From positions 1-64,000 of the forward strand of contig OZ252299.1 in assembly GCA_965250285.1 (NCBI GenBank): DNA of 64,000 nucleotides. The letters run 5' to 3'. Positions 40,277-50,633 of this stretch are shown piece after piece (within the stretch, counting starts at the first letter, position 1; each line of letters begins with the position of its first letter). The stretch comes from Myxococcota bacterium. GTDB taxonomy: Bacteria; Myxococcota_A; UBA9160; UBA4427. The position numbers and the translations under genes were made by a program. The notes below the pieces were generated by a model that worked only from the letters and a program-made list of their open reading frames with translations, was not told the DNA's origin and ran no database searches.

Positions 40277-41029
40277 TCAGGCCACCTGGCCCCCATCGAT
40301 GCGCACCGCCTCGCCCGTCATGTAGCCGGCTTCGTCCGAGGCGAGATACGTCACGAGGGCGGCGATCTCTTCGGGCGATCCGAGTCGCGGCATCAAGGGC
40401 GCCGTGCGGGCCATCAGCGCGGGATCGAGATCGTCGACGGCGAAGCCGGCCTGGGTCATGGGCGTGAGCACGCCGCCCGGGCAGATGCAGTTGACCCGAA
40501 CGTTGCGGCGCGCGTACTCGGCCGCGAGCGATTGCGTGAGACCGACGACGCCGGCCTTCGACGCGCAGTACGCCGCGTTGTAGGGCACCCCCTGCAGCGC
40601 CGCGGCCGAGGCCATGTTGACGATGGCGCCGCCGCCGTCGAGCAGGTGGGGCAGGGCGGATCGACACATATAGAAGGTGCCCGAGAGATTGATCGCGACG
40701 GTGCGGTCGAAGAGCTCGGGTGCGAGCTCGGTCGTGTGACCGGGCTGGAGGATGCCCGCGATGTTGCAGAGCGTGTCGAGCCCGCCGAGCGCCTCGAACG
40801 CCGCAGCGACCGCGGCCTCGCACGATGCGAGATCGGCGACATCGACCCCGCCGCTCGCTGCGGCTCCGCCCGAGGCCCGGATCTGCTCGGCCGTCTCCTT
40901 CGCTGCATCGGCAGCGATGTCGGCGCAGAACACCCGGGCGCCCTCTTCGGCGAGTCGGAGCGCGCTGGCGCGTCCGATCCCCGAGGCGGCTCCCGTGACG
41001 AGGGCGCGTCTTCCTTCCATTCGCTCCAT
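40277..41029 (-). CDS. SDR family oxidoreductase
   Basis: VTGAASGIG, NIAG, YCASK, VNCICPG, GEAVRIDGG. Confidence 0.92.
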   Translation of the reverse strand: MERMEGRRALVTGAASGIGRASALRLAEEGARVFCADIAADAAKETAEQIRASGGAAASGGVDVADLASCEAAVAAAFEALGGLDTLCNIAGILQPGHTTELAPELFDRTVAINLSGTFYMCRSALPHLLDGGGAIVNMASAAALQGVPYNAAYCASKAGVVGLTQSLAAEYARRNVRVNCICPGGVLTPMTQAGFAVDDLDPALMARTAPLMPRLGSPEEIAALVTYLASDEAGYMTGEAVRIDGGQVA

Positions 41030-41195
41030 GGCTGCTTCGGTCTCCTCCGTTTGGATGGTGTCGTTCGAATCGGACGCGGCGCGAGGGGCGCGCGCCGGCA
41101 CCCGATTGAGCGTACGCTCCCCGGGCCCGCTTCGCCGCGCGGAACGCCCGCGATCGACCCGGCCCTCAACGGAACATCCCATGGAGGAATCCACC

Positions 41196-41675
41196 ATGAG
41201 CGCCCGCGTCCGCATCGGACTGCTTCTGGCCGTCTTGGTCTTCAGCACCCCCTTGCTCGCCTGTGGCCCGCTCGGTCCGATCCCGGGCGGCCGACTCAAG
41301 GGGGAGGTCGTCGATCCGCCGCCCGACGACTGGACCGAGTACGCCGCGGTCGAGACCGCGCAGCTCGAGACCCGCCCCGACGACCCGCATTCGATCAACA
41401 TCTGGCTCGGCGTGGTCGACGGTCGACTCTATGTGACGACGTCGCTGATCCGCGGCCCCGACGACCCGAACGAACGTGACTGGGTGCGGCACGTCGCGGC
41501 CGACCCGCGCGTGCGCCTGCGCGTGGATGGCCGGGTCTACGAGTTGAACGCCGTGCGGGTCGAATCGCCGGAGACGATCGAGGCCGTGCGCCGCGCGATG
41601 ATCGCGAAGTACGACGTCGAGCCCGATGCCCATTCGGATGCAGCCTGGGTGTATCGGCTGAACCCGCGCACGTAG
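41196..41675 (+). CDS. Exported/lipoprotein split-barrel protein (DUF2255/deazaflavin-reductase-like)
   Basis: LLAC lipobox-like signal, GPIPGGRL.G, SINIW, WVRHVAADPRVRLRVDGRVY. Confidence 0.65.
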   Translation: MSARVRIGLLLAVLVFSTPLLACGPLGPIPGGRLKGEVVDPPPDDWTEYAAVETAQLETRPDDPHSINIWLGVVDGRLYVTTSLIRGPDDPNERDWVRHVAADPRVRLRVDGRVYELNAVRVESPETIEAVRRAMIAKYDVEPDAHSDAAWVYRLNPRT

Positions 41676-41739
41676 AGGGGTCTCTCGTGCCGCGGACCGT
41701 GGTGCGCGAAGCGTCGAGGGCGGATCGAACGACGACCGG

Positions 41740-42771
41740 CTAGGCGATCCCGAGATGGCTGCGGATGCGCGCCATCGGCTCGCTCGTGTCGGGCTCGAAG
41801 GCGAGGCCGCTCACCTGCTCGTACGCGGCGATGTAGCGTCGGGCTGCCTCGACCCGCACTTCGTCGGGCAGCGGCGGCGGCGGACCGTCGCCCTTGTAGC
41901 CCTGTTCGCCGAGCCAGAGGCGCACGTACTCCTTCGAGATCGCCTTCGGGTCTTCGCCCGCGCTCATCGCCGCTTCGTAGCGGTCGAGGTACCAGTATCG
42001 CGACGAGTCGGGGGTGTGGATCTCGTCGATGACGACCAGCTCATCGTCTTCGGTCAGGCCGAGCTCGTACTTCGTATCGACGAGGATCAGCCCGCGCTCC
42101 TTCGCGAAGTGAGCGCCCGCCTCGAAGAGCGCGGCACACATCGCGGCGGCCTCGTCGAAGAGCGCCTCGCTCAGGATGCCGCGCTCGATGATGTCGGCGC
42201 GGCTCGTGTTCTCGTCGTGGGCGCCCATCTGCGCCTTGGTCGAAGGGGTGAGCAGCGGCTCGGGCAGGCGCTCGTGGCGCTTCATGCCGTCGGGCAGCGT
42301 GTGGCCACAGTACTCGCGCTCGCCACGCTCGTAGGCGGTCCAGATCGACGTGCTCGTCGAGCCGGTGAGATAGCCGCGATACACGAACTCGACGGGCAGC
42401 GACCGGCACTCTCGCACGACCGAGACGCTCGGGTCGGGCACGTCGATCAGGTGATTCGGTGCCACGTCGGCGAGCTTCCTGAACCAGAAGGCCGCCATCT
42501 GGTTGAGGATCTGCCCCTTCAACGGGATCGTGCCGACCACCACGTCGAAGCACGAGACGCGATCGGTGACCACGATCGTGCGCTGGCCGTCGCCGATGTA
42601 GCTGTCGCGCACCTTGCCCGGCTGCTTCTGGCCGAGCGCCGAGAAGTCGGTGTCGTCGATGGTGCGCTGGCAGAGCTCGAATAGAAGTTGGTCGTCGATC
42701 GCCAAAGCGTCGCTCGAAAGGGCTCGGGTGGGTCTGGGGACGGGCGCCGCCTTCGGCGCCTTCCCGGTCAA
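41740..42771 (-). CDS. purC: SAICAR synthetase
   Basis: GKVRD.Y, TDRVSCFD, IPLKG, PVEFVYRGYLTGS, LVDTKYE.G, DEIHTPDSSRYW. Start uncertain (TTG at 42771 or 42705). Confidence 0.93.
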   Translation of the reverse strand: MTGKAPKAAPVPRPTRALSSDALAIDDQLLFELCQRTIDDTDFSALGQKQPGKVRDSYIGDGQRTIVVTDRVSCFDVVVGTIPLKGQILNQMAAFWFRKLADVAPNHLIDVPDPSVSVVRECRSLPVEFVYRGYLTGSTSTSIWTAYERGEREYCGHTLPDGMKRHERLPEPLLTPSTKAQMGAHDENTSRADIIERGILSEALFDEAAAMCAALFEAGAHFAKERGLILVDTKYELGLTEDDELVVIDEIHTPDSSRYWYLDRYEAAMSAGEDPKAISKEYVRLWLGEQGYKGDGPPPPLPDEVRVEAARRYIAAYEQVSGLAFEPDTSEPMARIRSHLGIA

Positions 42772-42893
42772 TCAAACCTCGCCTCGCGCCGGTCGGCAAG
42801 CCCGGGCGCACGATCCGGCGACCGACGGTCGGAATGCATTAGGATGGCGCTCCCCGGGGCCGTTCGGGCCGCGCCGGGGCACCGGGAGCGCGT

Positions 42894-44702
42894 GTGAGCG
42901 AGGCAGGGCAGGGGCCGTCGGCCGACGAGGCCGGGTCGGCGAAGCCGGCTGGCGAAGGGGCCCGCGACGTTCTTGCGCCGCCCCCGGGTGCGCGCGCCTT
43001 CGGCGCCGGCGACGCTGCCCTCGTCTTCGGCGTCGCCCTGGCCCTGCGCCTGATCCACCTCGCCTACGTCGCCGACATGCCCTTCGTCGAGGTGCCGATC
43101 GTCGACGCCAAGGCGTACGACGAGTGGGGTCAGCGCATTGCCGCGGGCGACTGGTGGGGCGACCAGGTGTTCTACCAGGCGCCGCTCTACCCCTACTTCC
43201 TGGGCAGCTTCTATGCGGTGTTCGGGCACAGCCTGATGGGCGTGCACGTGCTGCAGATGGCGATGGGCGCGGCGTCGTGCGTGCTGTTGGCCCTCGGCGC
43301 CGATGCGCTGTTTCGCGACCGCAGCGTCGCATGGGTCACGGGCCTCGCGATGGCGTTGTACCCGCCCGCGATCTTCTTCGACGGCCTGATCGGCAAGCAG
43401 GGGCTCGGGCTGCTGCTGCTGTCGGCGCTGCTCTGGCTGCTGCTGCGCCAGCAGGCCGGCGGCGCCGAGGGGGCGCGGCGCGGTGAGCTCGTCGGCGCCG
43501 GGGCGCTGCTCGGCCTGCTCTGCCTGACGCGCGAGAACGCGCTGGCCCTCGTCCCGGCGCTGCTCGCCTGGCTGGTGTGGCGCTTCTGGGTGCGCGGGCC
43601 CGGTCGGGTCGCGTCGGTCGTGGCGCTCTTCTCGTTGGGGATCGCGCTCGTGCTCGTGCCGGTCGGCCTGCGCAACCTCGCGGTCGGCGACACCTTCGCC
43701 CTCACGACCTCGCAGATGGGCCCCAACTTCTACATCGGCAACCACGCCGGTGCCTCTGGGCTCTACGAGCCCCTGCTGCCCGGCCGACAGACCCCGCGGT
43801 TCGAGGCGACCGACGCCGAGCTGCTCGCCGAGCGCGCGCTCGGCCGCGAGCTCAACCGAGGCGAGGTGTCCGACTATTGGATGGAGCAGGGCCTGGCCTT
43901 CGTCCGCGAAGAGCCTGTGGCCTGGCTCGGCTTGATGGTGCGCAAGACGGTGCTCACGTGGGGGGCCTTCGAGGTGCCCGACGTCGAGGACATCTACGTG
44001 TTCGGCGACTGGTCGCCGATCGTGCGCTTCGGCCTGCCGGTCTTTCATTTCGGCCTGTTCGCGGGGCTGGCCGTGGCGGGGGCGGTCTTCGCCTGGCCCA
44101 GCCGGCGCGACATCGCCCTGTTGCTCTGGCTCGCCGGGGTGTACACGGGCAGCGTCGCGCTGTTCATGACGTTCGCGCGGTTTCGCTACCCGCTCGTGCC
44201 GATGCTCGCGCCGCTGCTCGGCTACGGGCTCGTCTGCGCCTTCCGCGTGGCCCGCTCGGCCGATCGCGGGCGCGCCCTCGCGCCCGCCACCGCCTGCGTG
44301 CTCGTGGTGGCGCTCTCGAGCATCGACCTGGTCGACCGCGCGCAGATGACCGTGACGTCGTACACCAACCTCGGCGGCATCATGCTGGGCGAGGATCGGC
44401 TCGACGAGGCCGAGACGTACCTGACGCGCGCCGAGGCGGCGCGGGCCGACAACGCCGACCTGCAGCTGCACCTCGCCGTGCTGCGTGAGAAGCAGGGCCG
44501 GCTGGAAGACGCACTGAGGCATCTCGGCGAGATGCGGCGCCTCGCCCCCGAAGACTTCCGCGGCTACGCACTGCTCGCCCGCGTGCTCGAGGCCCAGGGC
44601 CGTCGGGCGCAGGCCAAGCGCGCGCGCTTGCGTGCGCGTGCGCTCAACCCCGACGCACCCCCGATCCGTCCGCGTCGCCAGGGTCGTGACGCAACGCGAT
44701 GA
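42894..44702 (+). CDS. GT-C fold (ArnT/PMT-like) membrane glycosyltransferase with C-terminal TPR
   Basis: Many TM segments, DAKAYDEW, YQAPLYPYFL, NFYIGN, RFRYPLVP, TPR tail. Confidence 0.8.
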   Translation: MSEAGQGPSADEAGSAKPAGEGARDVLAPPPGARAFGAGDAALVFGVALALRLIHLAYVADMPFVEVPIVDAKAYDEWGQRIAAGDWWGDQVFYQAPLYPYFLGSFYAVFGHSLMGVHVLQMAMGAASCVLLALGADALFRDRSVAWVTGLAMALYPPAIFFDGLIGKQGLGLLLLSALLWLLLRQQAGGAEGARRGELVGAGALLGLLCLTRENALALVPALLAWLVWRFWVRGPGRVASVVALFSLGIALVLVPVGLRNLAVGDTFALTTSQMGPNFYIGNHAGASGLYEPLLPGRQTPRFEATDAELLAERALGRELNRGEVSDYWMEQGLAFVREEPVAWLGLMVRKTVLTWGAFEVPDVEDIYVFGDWSPIVRFGLPVFHFGLFAGLAVAGAVFAWPSRRDIALLLWLAGVYTGSVALFMTFARFRYPLVPMLAPLLGYGLVCAFRVARSADRGRALAPATACVLVVALSSIDLVDRAQMTVTSYTNLGGIMLGEDRLDEAETYLTRAEAARADNADLQLHLAVLREKQGRLEDALRHLGEMRRLAPEDFRGYALLARVLEAQGRRAQAKRARLRARALNPDAPPIRPRRQGRDATR

Positions 44703-45071
44703 GGCGGCATCCGAGTCCGAGCGACACGCCTGCCGGGCGCGGGCACCCGCGGGCGCGGGCCGCGTAGCGATTCGGTTTCAGCTGGGCGACGCGTCTTCGT
44801 TTACGCCACCGTCGCCCTTCGATATCTTCCCTGCTTCTCGACACACACCCGAATCTGGAGCGAGGCCCCCCAGCCCTGGCCGAGACCGTCGTTTCGTGCT
44901 CACTCGTTCGTGCCGACGCCGACCGCGGCGTAGGGGCGACGTGTACGCATGCGGCGTTCGCGCTCCAGACGGCGTGTCGAAGAGTCGATGGATCTGCGAC
45001 GCGGCGCCCACGCCGTTCGATGCAACCGACGAGCCCGAAGGTCGCCGAGGCCCGAAGGCCGTGGAGATGAG

Positions 45072-46622
45072 ATGAGCGACGCGCCCGACCCCAAGCCGCA
45101 AGCCCCCTGCGCCGCCCGGTCCGGTCTCGCCCCGCGGCCCCACGTGTCGGACGGTCTCTCGGCCGTCCAACGCGACGCGCTCCGAACCGAGCGCGAAGCC
45201 GATCGCTTCCATGACGAGTGCGGTGTCTTCGGCATCCACGGCCACGACGAGGCGTCGCACATCGTCTATCTCGGTCTCTACGCCCTGCAGCATCGCGGGC
45301 AGGAGAGCTGCGGCATCGTTTCGAGCAACGGCCGCGAGCACACGGCGCACCGCGCGATGGGACTCGTGGCCGATACGTTCGGTGAGAAGACGCTCAACCG
45401 GCTCAAGGGCCGGCACGCCATTGGCCACGTGCGCTACTCGACCGCCGGAGAGAGCCACCTCCGCAACGCCCAGCCGATCTGCGCGAACACCGACGGTGGC
45501 CCCGTTTCGATCGCCCACAACGGCAACATCGTGAACGCCGTGGCGATCCGACGCGAGCTCGAGGGGCGCGGCGCGATCTTCGGCTCGACGAGCGACAGCG
45601 AGGTCGTGCTGCACCTGCTCGCGCGCTCGCGCGAGGAGCACCTCGAAGACCGCTTCATCGACGCGATCAGTCGGGTCAAGGGCGCCTACTCGATCGTGAT
45701 GCTGACCGACGAGGCGCTGATCGCCGCCCGCGACCCGAGCGGGTTCCGTCCGCTGGCGCTCGGCCGCCTGGGCAATGCCTACGTCGTGGCGAGCGAGACC
45801 TGCGCGTTCGATCTCGTGGGCGCGACGTATGAGCGTGATCTCGAGCCCGGTGAGGTCGTGGTGATCCGCCGCGGAAGGCTGCGCAGCCTGCGGCCGCTCG
45901 CGCGGCAGTCGAAGGAGACGTTCTGCGTCTTCGAGTACATCTACTTCGCGCGGCCCGACTCGAACATCATGGCGCACAACGTCTACGCGTTCCGCAAGGA
46001 GCTCGGGCGTGCGCTCGCGCGCGAACATCCGGTGGCGGCCGACATGGTCGTGCCGGTGCTCGATTCGGGCACGCCCTCTGCGCTCGGCTTCGCCGAAGAG
46101 CAGGGCATCCCCTACGAGACGGCGTTGATCCGCAATCACTACGTGCGGCGCACGTTCATCGAACCGGCGCAGTCGATCCGCAACTTCGGCGTGAAGGTGA
46201 AGCACAACGCGATCCGCTCGTTCCTCGAAGGCAAGCGTGTCGTGCTCGTCGATGATTCGATCGTGCGGGGCACGACTCTGGTGAAGATCGTTGGCATGTT
46301 GCGCCAGGCCGGCGCGCGCGAGGTGCACGTGCGCATCTCGTCGCCGCCGACGAAGGGCCCCTGCTACTACGGCATCGACACGCCCAAGCAGAGCGAGCTG
46401 ATCGCCCACGAGCACACGCCCGAAGAGATCCGCGAGATCATCGGGGCCGATTCGCTCGGGTATCTGACGATCGACACGCTCGGCCAGTCGGCCGCCAAGG
46501 AGCTCAAGCGCGGCATGTGCGATGCGTGCTTCTCGGGCGACTACCCGGTGCCGATCGATGCGAGCGGTGAGACGCCGCAGCTTTCGCTCTTCCGCTCGAT
46601 CGAAGACGAGCCCGAGGGCTGA
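45072..46622 (+). CDS. purF: Amidophosphoribosyltransferase ([4Fe-4S] type)
   Basis: ECGVFG, LQHRGQE, GHVRYST, HNGN, CVFEYIYFARPDS, VDDSIVRGTT, CYYGID, CDAC. Confidence 0.96.
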   Translation: MSDAPDPKPQAPCAARSGLAPRPHVSDGLSAVQRDALRTEREADRFHDECGVFGIHGHDEASHIVYLGLYALQHRGQESCGIVSSNGREHTAHRAMGLVADTFGEKTLNRLKGRHAIGHVRYSTAGESHLRNAQPICANTDGGPVSIAHNGNIVNAVAIRRELEGRGAIFGSTSDSEVVLHLLARSREEHLEDRFIDAISRVKGAYSIVMLTDEALIAARDPSGFRPLALGRLGNAYVVASETCAFDLVGATYERDLEPGEVVVIRRGRLRSLRPLARQSKETFCVFEYIYFARPDSNIMAHNVYAFRKELGRALAREHPVAADMVVPVLDSGTPSALGFAEEQGIPYETALIRNHYVRRTFIEPAQSIRNFGVKVKHNAIRSFLEGKRVVLVDDSIVRGTTLVKIVGMLRQAGAREVHVRISSPPTKGPCYYGIDTPKQSELIAHEHTPEEIREIIGADSLGYLTIDTLGQSAAKELKRGMCDACFSGDYPVPIDASGETPQLSLFRSIEDEPEG

Positions 46623-46755
46623 TCGCCGCGCCCGATCCGGGCCACGCAGCCGTACTCCGCAGAGCGAAGCCGCGTCGGTGACAGACGCACCGACGCCTCG
46701 AGAGCGTCGTGGTAGCCTCCCGAGCGTCGAACTCGACCCACGGGAGGCACGCAAC

Positions 46756-48171
46756 ATGGCGGACTCGGCGCACGAGCCGGCGCTCGGCGACCACGGGCTG
46801 ATCGATCGAACGATGCTCGAGCAGGGGATCGCGAACGGCACGATCGAGACGGTGCTGACCGTGCTGCCCGACCTCTACGGGCGCCTCATGGGCAAGCGCA
46901 TCGTCGGTCGCTACTTCCTCGAAGAGATCGCCGGCGACGGCATGCACGCCTGCGACTACCTGCTCGCGAGCGACATGGAGATGGAGCCCACCCCCGGCTA
47001 CGCGTGGACGAGCTGGGAGAGCGGCTACGGCGACATGCGCGCGATCCCCGACTTCTCGACGCTGCGCATGGCCGACTGGATGGACCGCACGGCGATCGTC
47101 ATGTGCGATCTGCTCGAAGAAGAAGAGGACGAACCGGTGGCGGTGTCGCCGCGCCGGATCCTGCAGCACCAGGTCGAGCGAGCGTTGAAGCTGGGCTTCG
47201 AGCCGTTCTGTGCGAGCGAACTCGAGTTCTTCTTGTTTCGCGAGAGCTTCGATGAGGCCCAGGCGAGCGACTACCGCGGCCTGACCACGAGCCGGGCGTA
47301 CAACGAGGACTATCACGTGCTCTCGGGCGGGTTCAGCGAGCACGTGATCGGCGCGATTCGCCGCCACGTCGACCGATCGGGCGTGCCGGTCGAGTTCAGC
47401 AAGGGCGAGGCGAGCCCGGGCCAACACGAGATCAATCTGCGCTACGGCGCGGCGGTCGAAATGGCCGACCGCCACGTGATCTACAAGCTCGCTGCCAAGG
47501 AGATTGCCGCTGCACACGGCGCGTCCCTGACGTTCATGGCGAAGTGGGATACCGACCATGCCGGAAACAGCCTGCATGTGCACATGAGCCTGCGTGACCT
47601 CGCTGGGCAGCCCGTGTTCGCCGGCGACGGAAAGCCGATCGAGGGCACCCAAGCGAAGCCGTCCGAGACCTTCAAGCACGCGGTGGGTGGCATGCTCGAA
47701 CACGCCCGCGCGCTCTCGATGCTGTTCGCGCCGAACCCCAACTCGTACAAGCGCTACGTCGAGGGCACCTTCGCACCCACGCGCATCGCGTGGAGCTACG
47801 ACAACCGCACCGTCGGGTTCCGCGTCGTCGGGCACGGTGAATCGCTTCGCATCGAATGCCGGATCCCGGGCGGCGACGCGAACCCGTACCTCGTCTACGC
47901 CGGGCTGATTGCAGCCGCACTGGACGGCATCGAGCACCAGCGGGATCCCGGCCCGCTCTTCACCGGCGACGGCTACATGGCCACCGACCTGCCCCGCGTG
48001 CCCCTCAACCTGGGCGAGGCGATCGGCTGCTTCAGCGAGAGTGCGTTCACGCGAGCCGCCTTCGGGGAGGAGGTGGTTCAGCATCTCGCCCACTTCGCGC
48101 GCGCCGAGCTCGAGGCCAGCGAGCGGGCCGTGACCGACTTCGAGCGCCGACGCTGGTTCGAGCGGGGCTAG
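46756..48171 (+). CDS. Glutamine synthetase-family protein (likely gamma-glutamyl-amine ligase type)
   Basis: GRLMGKR, GYGDM, ELEFF, GE.SPGQHEIN, GNSLHVHMSL, DNRT, RIECR.PGGDANPYL. Confidence 0.88.
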   Translation: MADSAHEPALGDHGLIDRTMLEQGIANGTIETVLTVLPDLYGRLMGKRIVGRYFLEEIAGDGMHACDYLLASDMEMEPTPGYAWTSWESGYGDMRAIPDFSTLRMADWMDRTAIVMCDLLEEEEDEPVAVSPRRILQHQVERALKLGFEPFCASELEFFLFRESFDEAQASDYRGLTTSRAYNEDYHVLSGGFSEHVIGAIRRHVDRSGVPVEFSKGEASPGQHEINLRYGAAVEMADRHVIYKLAAKEIAAAHGASLTFMAKWDTDHAGNSLHVHMSLRDLAGQPVFAGDGKPIEGTQAKPSETFKHAVGGMLEHARALSMLFAPNPNSYKRYVEGTFAPTRIAWSYDNRTVGFRVVGHGESLRIECRIPGGDANPYLVYAGLIAAALDGIEHQRDPGPLFTGDGYMATDLPRVPLNLGEAIGCFSESAFTRAAFGEEVVQHLAHFARAELEASERAVTDFERRRWFERG

Positions 48172-48418
48172 CGACCCGCCGGCCAGGCGTGACTCACGGT
48201 ACAGGAAAGTCCAATCAATCCGGACATTTGGCAGCTGGACCCCGTCAGGTTCCCGGCGCTGCTCGCCGATACGAGAGACAGGATTTCGTCTGCGCGCGTG
48301 GCGAAGATCACACGTTTGCCGAAAGGCAAGCCCGGGTGATTTCAAGAAACGACGCGGTGGATCCGGGTAGGTCGGCGACTCGTGCGGCGCGAGCGTCGCC
48401 GGCGATCGAGGTGTGCGC

Positions 48419-49753
48419 ATGACGATGGGCCAGGCACTTCAGGTCCAATACTCGACGCAGGAAGCGTTCAGAGCCGAGTACGCGAGCAATATCTCGCGCG
48501 GCGGCATCTTCATCGCGACCACCGAACCGTTCGAGGTCCGTGACACGGTCGAGGTCGAGCTGTCGCTGCTCTTCTGCGACGAGCACCTGTACCTCGAGGG
48601 CGAGGTCGTGCACTGCATCGTGCCCGAGATGGAGTCGGCCGGCGCGACCCCCGGCATCGCCGTTCAGTTCACCATCTCGGTCAAGGAGCTGCGCGAGCGC
48701 CTCGGAGAGCACGCCGGGGCCCAGGCTTCGCCCGACGAGCGTGTGACCAAGACCGGGCGCCGCGCGGCGCCGCGTTCACGTGCGCGCGTGCGGGCGACCG
48801 TCGAACGCAGCGACGACGAGCAGATCGAAGCGCAGACCCGCGACGTCAGCGCATCGGGCCTGCTGCTCGAGGTCGAGGGCGAGCCGTTGCCGGTCGGTGA
48901 GTCGATCCAGCTGAACCTCGATCACCCTGTGACCGGTGAATCGATGCCGATCGAGGGCAAGGTCGTGCGTCACGTGACTTCGGCCTCCGGGCGGGTCACG
49001 GCGATGGGCGTCGAGCTGGCGCACTCGGACGCGCGCCAGACCGAAGTCGCGAGCTTCATGAACGACGTGCAGGCGACCGAGCACAGCAAGCGGCTGGGTG
49101 CAATCAACGGACCGATCGCCGAGCTCGGTATTGCCGATCTGCTGCAGATGTTCGCTTCGACGATGCCCCTCGGCACGCTGTCGATCACCGGTGAGGCCGC
49201 AGAGGGCTCGATCGGTTTCGAAGCCGGGCAGCTGTTGTGGGCCGAGATCGATGGGCTCCATGGCCAGCCGGCGCTCGAAACGATGCTCGCGCTGCGCACC
49301 GGTCACTTCGAGCTGCTGACCGAACTCGTCGATCCGCTCTCGGGTCGGGCCGAGCCGGTTGCGCTCGAGGGCGCGATCCTCGAGGCCCTCTGCGCGCTCG
49401 ACGAGATCAATCACGACGGTCGTTCTTCGGCGACTGCCAAGGCGCCGGCGCCCGGATCTCCCCCCAGGTCGAAGTCGAAGCCGACGCGCAAGAAGAAGTC
49501 GAAGCCGCGCGCCGACGAGGCCGCGGCGAGCGAGGCGCCCGGTCGAATCCCGGCGACCGCCACCTTCCGGATCGACGCCGACGCGGCCGAAGAGGCCGCG
49601 GACCAGCTCGACCAGACCGAGAGCGCCGTGCTCGAGCTCGCGCAGGTCGGCATGAGCGTCGGCAAGATGCTCGAGGTCATCCCCGAGCCCGAGATCGGTG
49701 TGCTGCTGGCGATCGACTCGCTGCTGGCGCGCGGTGTGCTCGAGCTCGACTAG
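48419..49753 (+). CDS. Tandem PilZ-PilZ-DUF4388-like signalling protein
   Basis: NISRGGIFI (TIGR02266-like), RRAAPR...DVSASG, then G.IAELGIADLLQM...GTL.I...G.I.FEAG. Confidence 0.75.
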   Translation: MTMGQALQVQYSTQEAFRAEYASNISRGGIFIATTEPFEVRDTVEVELSLLFCDEHLYLEGEVVHCIVPEMESAGATPGIAVQFTISVKELRERLGEHAGAQASPDERVTKTGRRAAPRSRARVRATVERSDDEQIEAQTRDVSASGLLLEVEGEPLPVGESIQLNLDHPVTGESMPIEGKVVRHVTSASGRVTAMGVELAHSDARQTEVASFMNDVQATEHSKRLGAINGPIAELGIADLLQMFASTMPLGTLSITGEAAEGSIGFEAGQLLWAEIDGLHGQPALETMLALRTGHFELLTELVDPLSGRAEPVALEGAILEALCALDEINHDGRSSATAKAPAPGSPPRSKSKPTRKKKSKPRADEAAASEAPGRIPATATFRIDADAAEEAADQLDQTESAVLELAQVGMSVGKMLEVIPEPEIGVLLAIDSLLARGVLELD

Positions 49754-49760
49754 GCGCCGT

Positions 49761-49822
49761 CGCCGTCACCCCAGGCCGAAGTGCGCGGCGCGCCCGCCGC
49801 CGTCACCCCAGGCCGAAGTGCG
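49761..49822. repeat. 25-bp direct repeat duplicating the 3' end of the SDR gene
   Basis: cgccgtcaccccaggccgaagtgcg at 49761-49785 and 49798-49822. Confidence 0.8.
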
Positions 49823-50618
49823 AAGCGACCACGCGCGTGGCAATCGAGTCGGGCAGGATCCGCTTGGCGATCCCGACGAGCAGCGCCTCGTTGCCGACGG
49901 CGTAGCGCATGCGCGGTTGCGCCGCGTCGAGCGCCTGCTCGACCGCGCGCACGACGATCTCGGGACCGGGCGCTTTCGGTAGAGATTCGCGGATCACCTT
50001 CTCGCACTTCGCGAGCTGCTCGGCGTAGGCCGACGCGTCGGGACTCGAATCCCAGGTCATTGCATCGTTGAACGGGGTCGAGATGTCGCCCGGCTCGATC
50101 AGTACGACGTCGATGCCGTGGCCGCGCAACTCGCTTCGCATGGCCGAGACGGTCGCTTCGAGGGCCGCCTTGCTCGCCGAGTAGTGCGACTGAAAAGGGA
50201 TCGGCGCGCGGCCGGCCAGCGACCCGACCACGAGCAGTCGGCCGTGCCCCTGGGCACGCATCACGGGGAGCAGCGCACGCAGGCAGCGCAGCACGCCGAA
50301 GTAGTTCGTATCGAACTGCTGCTGCGCGGCCTCGATCGTGACGTCCTCGACGCTGCCGAAGATGCCGAACCCCGCGCTGAGCACGGCGGCGTCGATGGTC
50401 TCGGTGCGCTTCGAGAGCTCGTCGATGGCCGCATCGACGCTCGCATCCTGCTGCACGTCGAGGGCGAGCCACTCGATGCCGTCCGCGTCTTCGCGCGCGC
50501 TGCGGCTGGTTCCGAAGACGCGATCCCCTCGGTCGGCGAGACGCCTCGCGACGGCCTCACCGATGCCCGAAGAGGCGCCCGTTACGAGGATGGTCTGGGG
50601 TGTTCGAGAAGGCGGCAT
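49803..50618 (-). CDS. SDR family oxidoreductase
   Basis: VTGASSGIG, FDTNYFG, YSASK, IEPG. Confidence 0.92.
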   Translation of the reverse strand: MPPSRTPQTILVTGASSGIGEAVARRLADRGDRVFGTSRSAREDADGIEWLALDVQQDASVDAAIDELSKRTETIDAAVLSAGFGIFGSVEDVTIEAAQQQFDTNYFGVLRCLRALLPVMRAQGHGRLLVVGSLAGRAPIPFQSHYSASKAALEATVSAMRSELRGHGIDVVLIEPGDISTPFNDAMTWDSSPDASAYAEQLAKCEKVIRESLPKAPGPEIVVRAVEQALDAAQPRMRYAVGNEALLVGIAKRILPDSIATRVVASHFGLG

Positions 50619-50633
50619 GGGATGGCTCCTGGC

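Noticed and set aside
44680..44760. ZTP riboswitch-like gggtcgtgac motif
   Set aside because: It overlaps the upstream CDS end and lacks the conserved ACUGRCG continuation and the 3' pseudoknot element.
45072..45218. Unusually long PurF propeptide
   Set aside because: Start codon uncertain; a downstream GTG would shorten it considerably.
48172..48418. Possible SRP RNA or c-di-GMP riboswitch upstream of the PilZ gene
   Set aside because: cccgtcaggt lacks the following GGAAGGAAGCAGC core. The ttgcc-gaaa-ggcaa hairpin lacks the rest of a c-di-GMP-I consensus.
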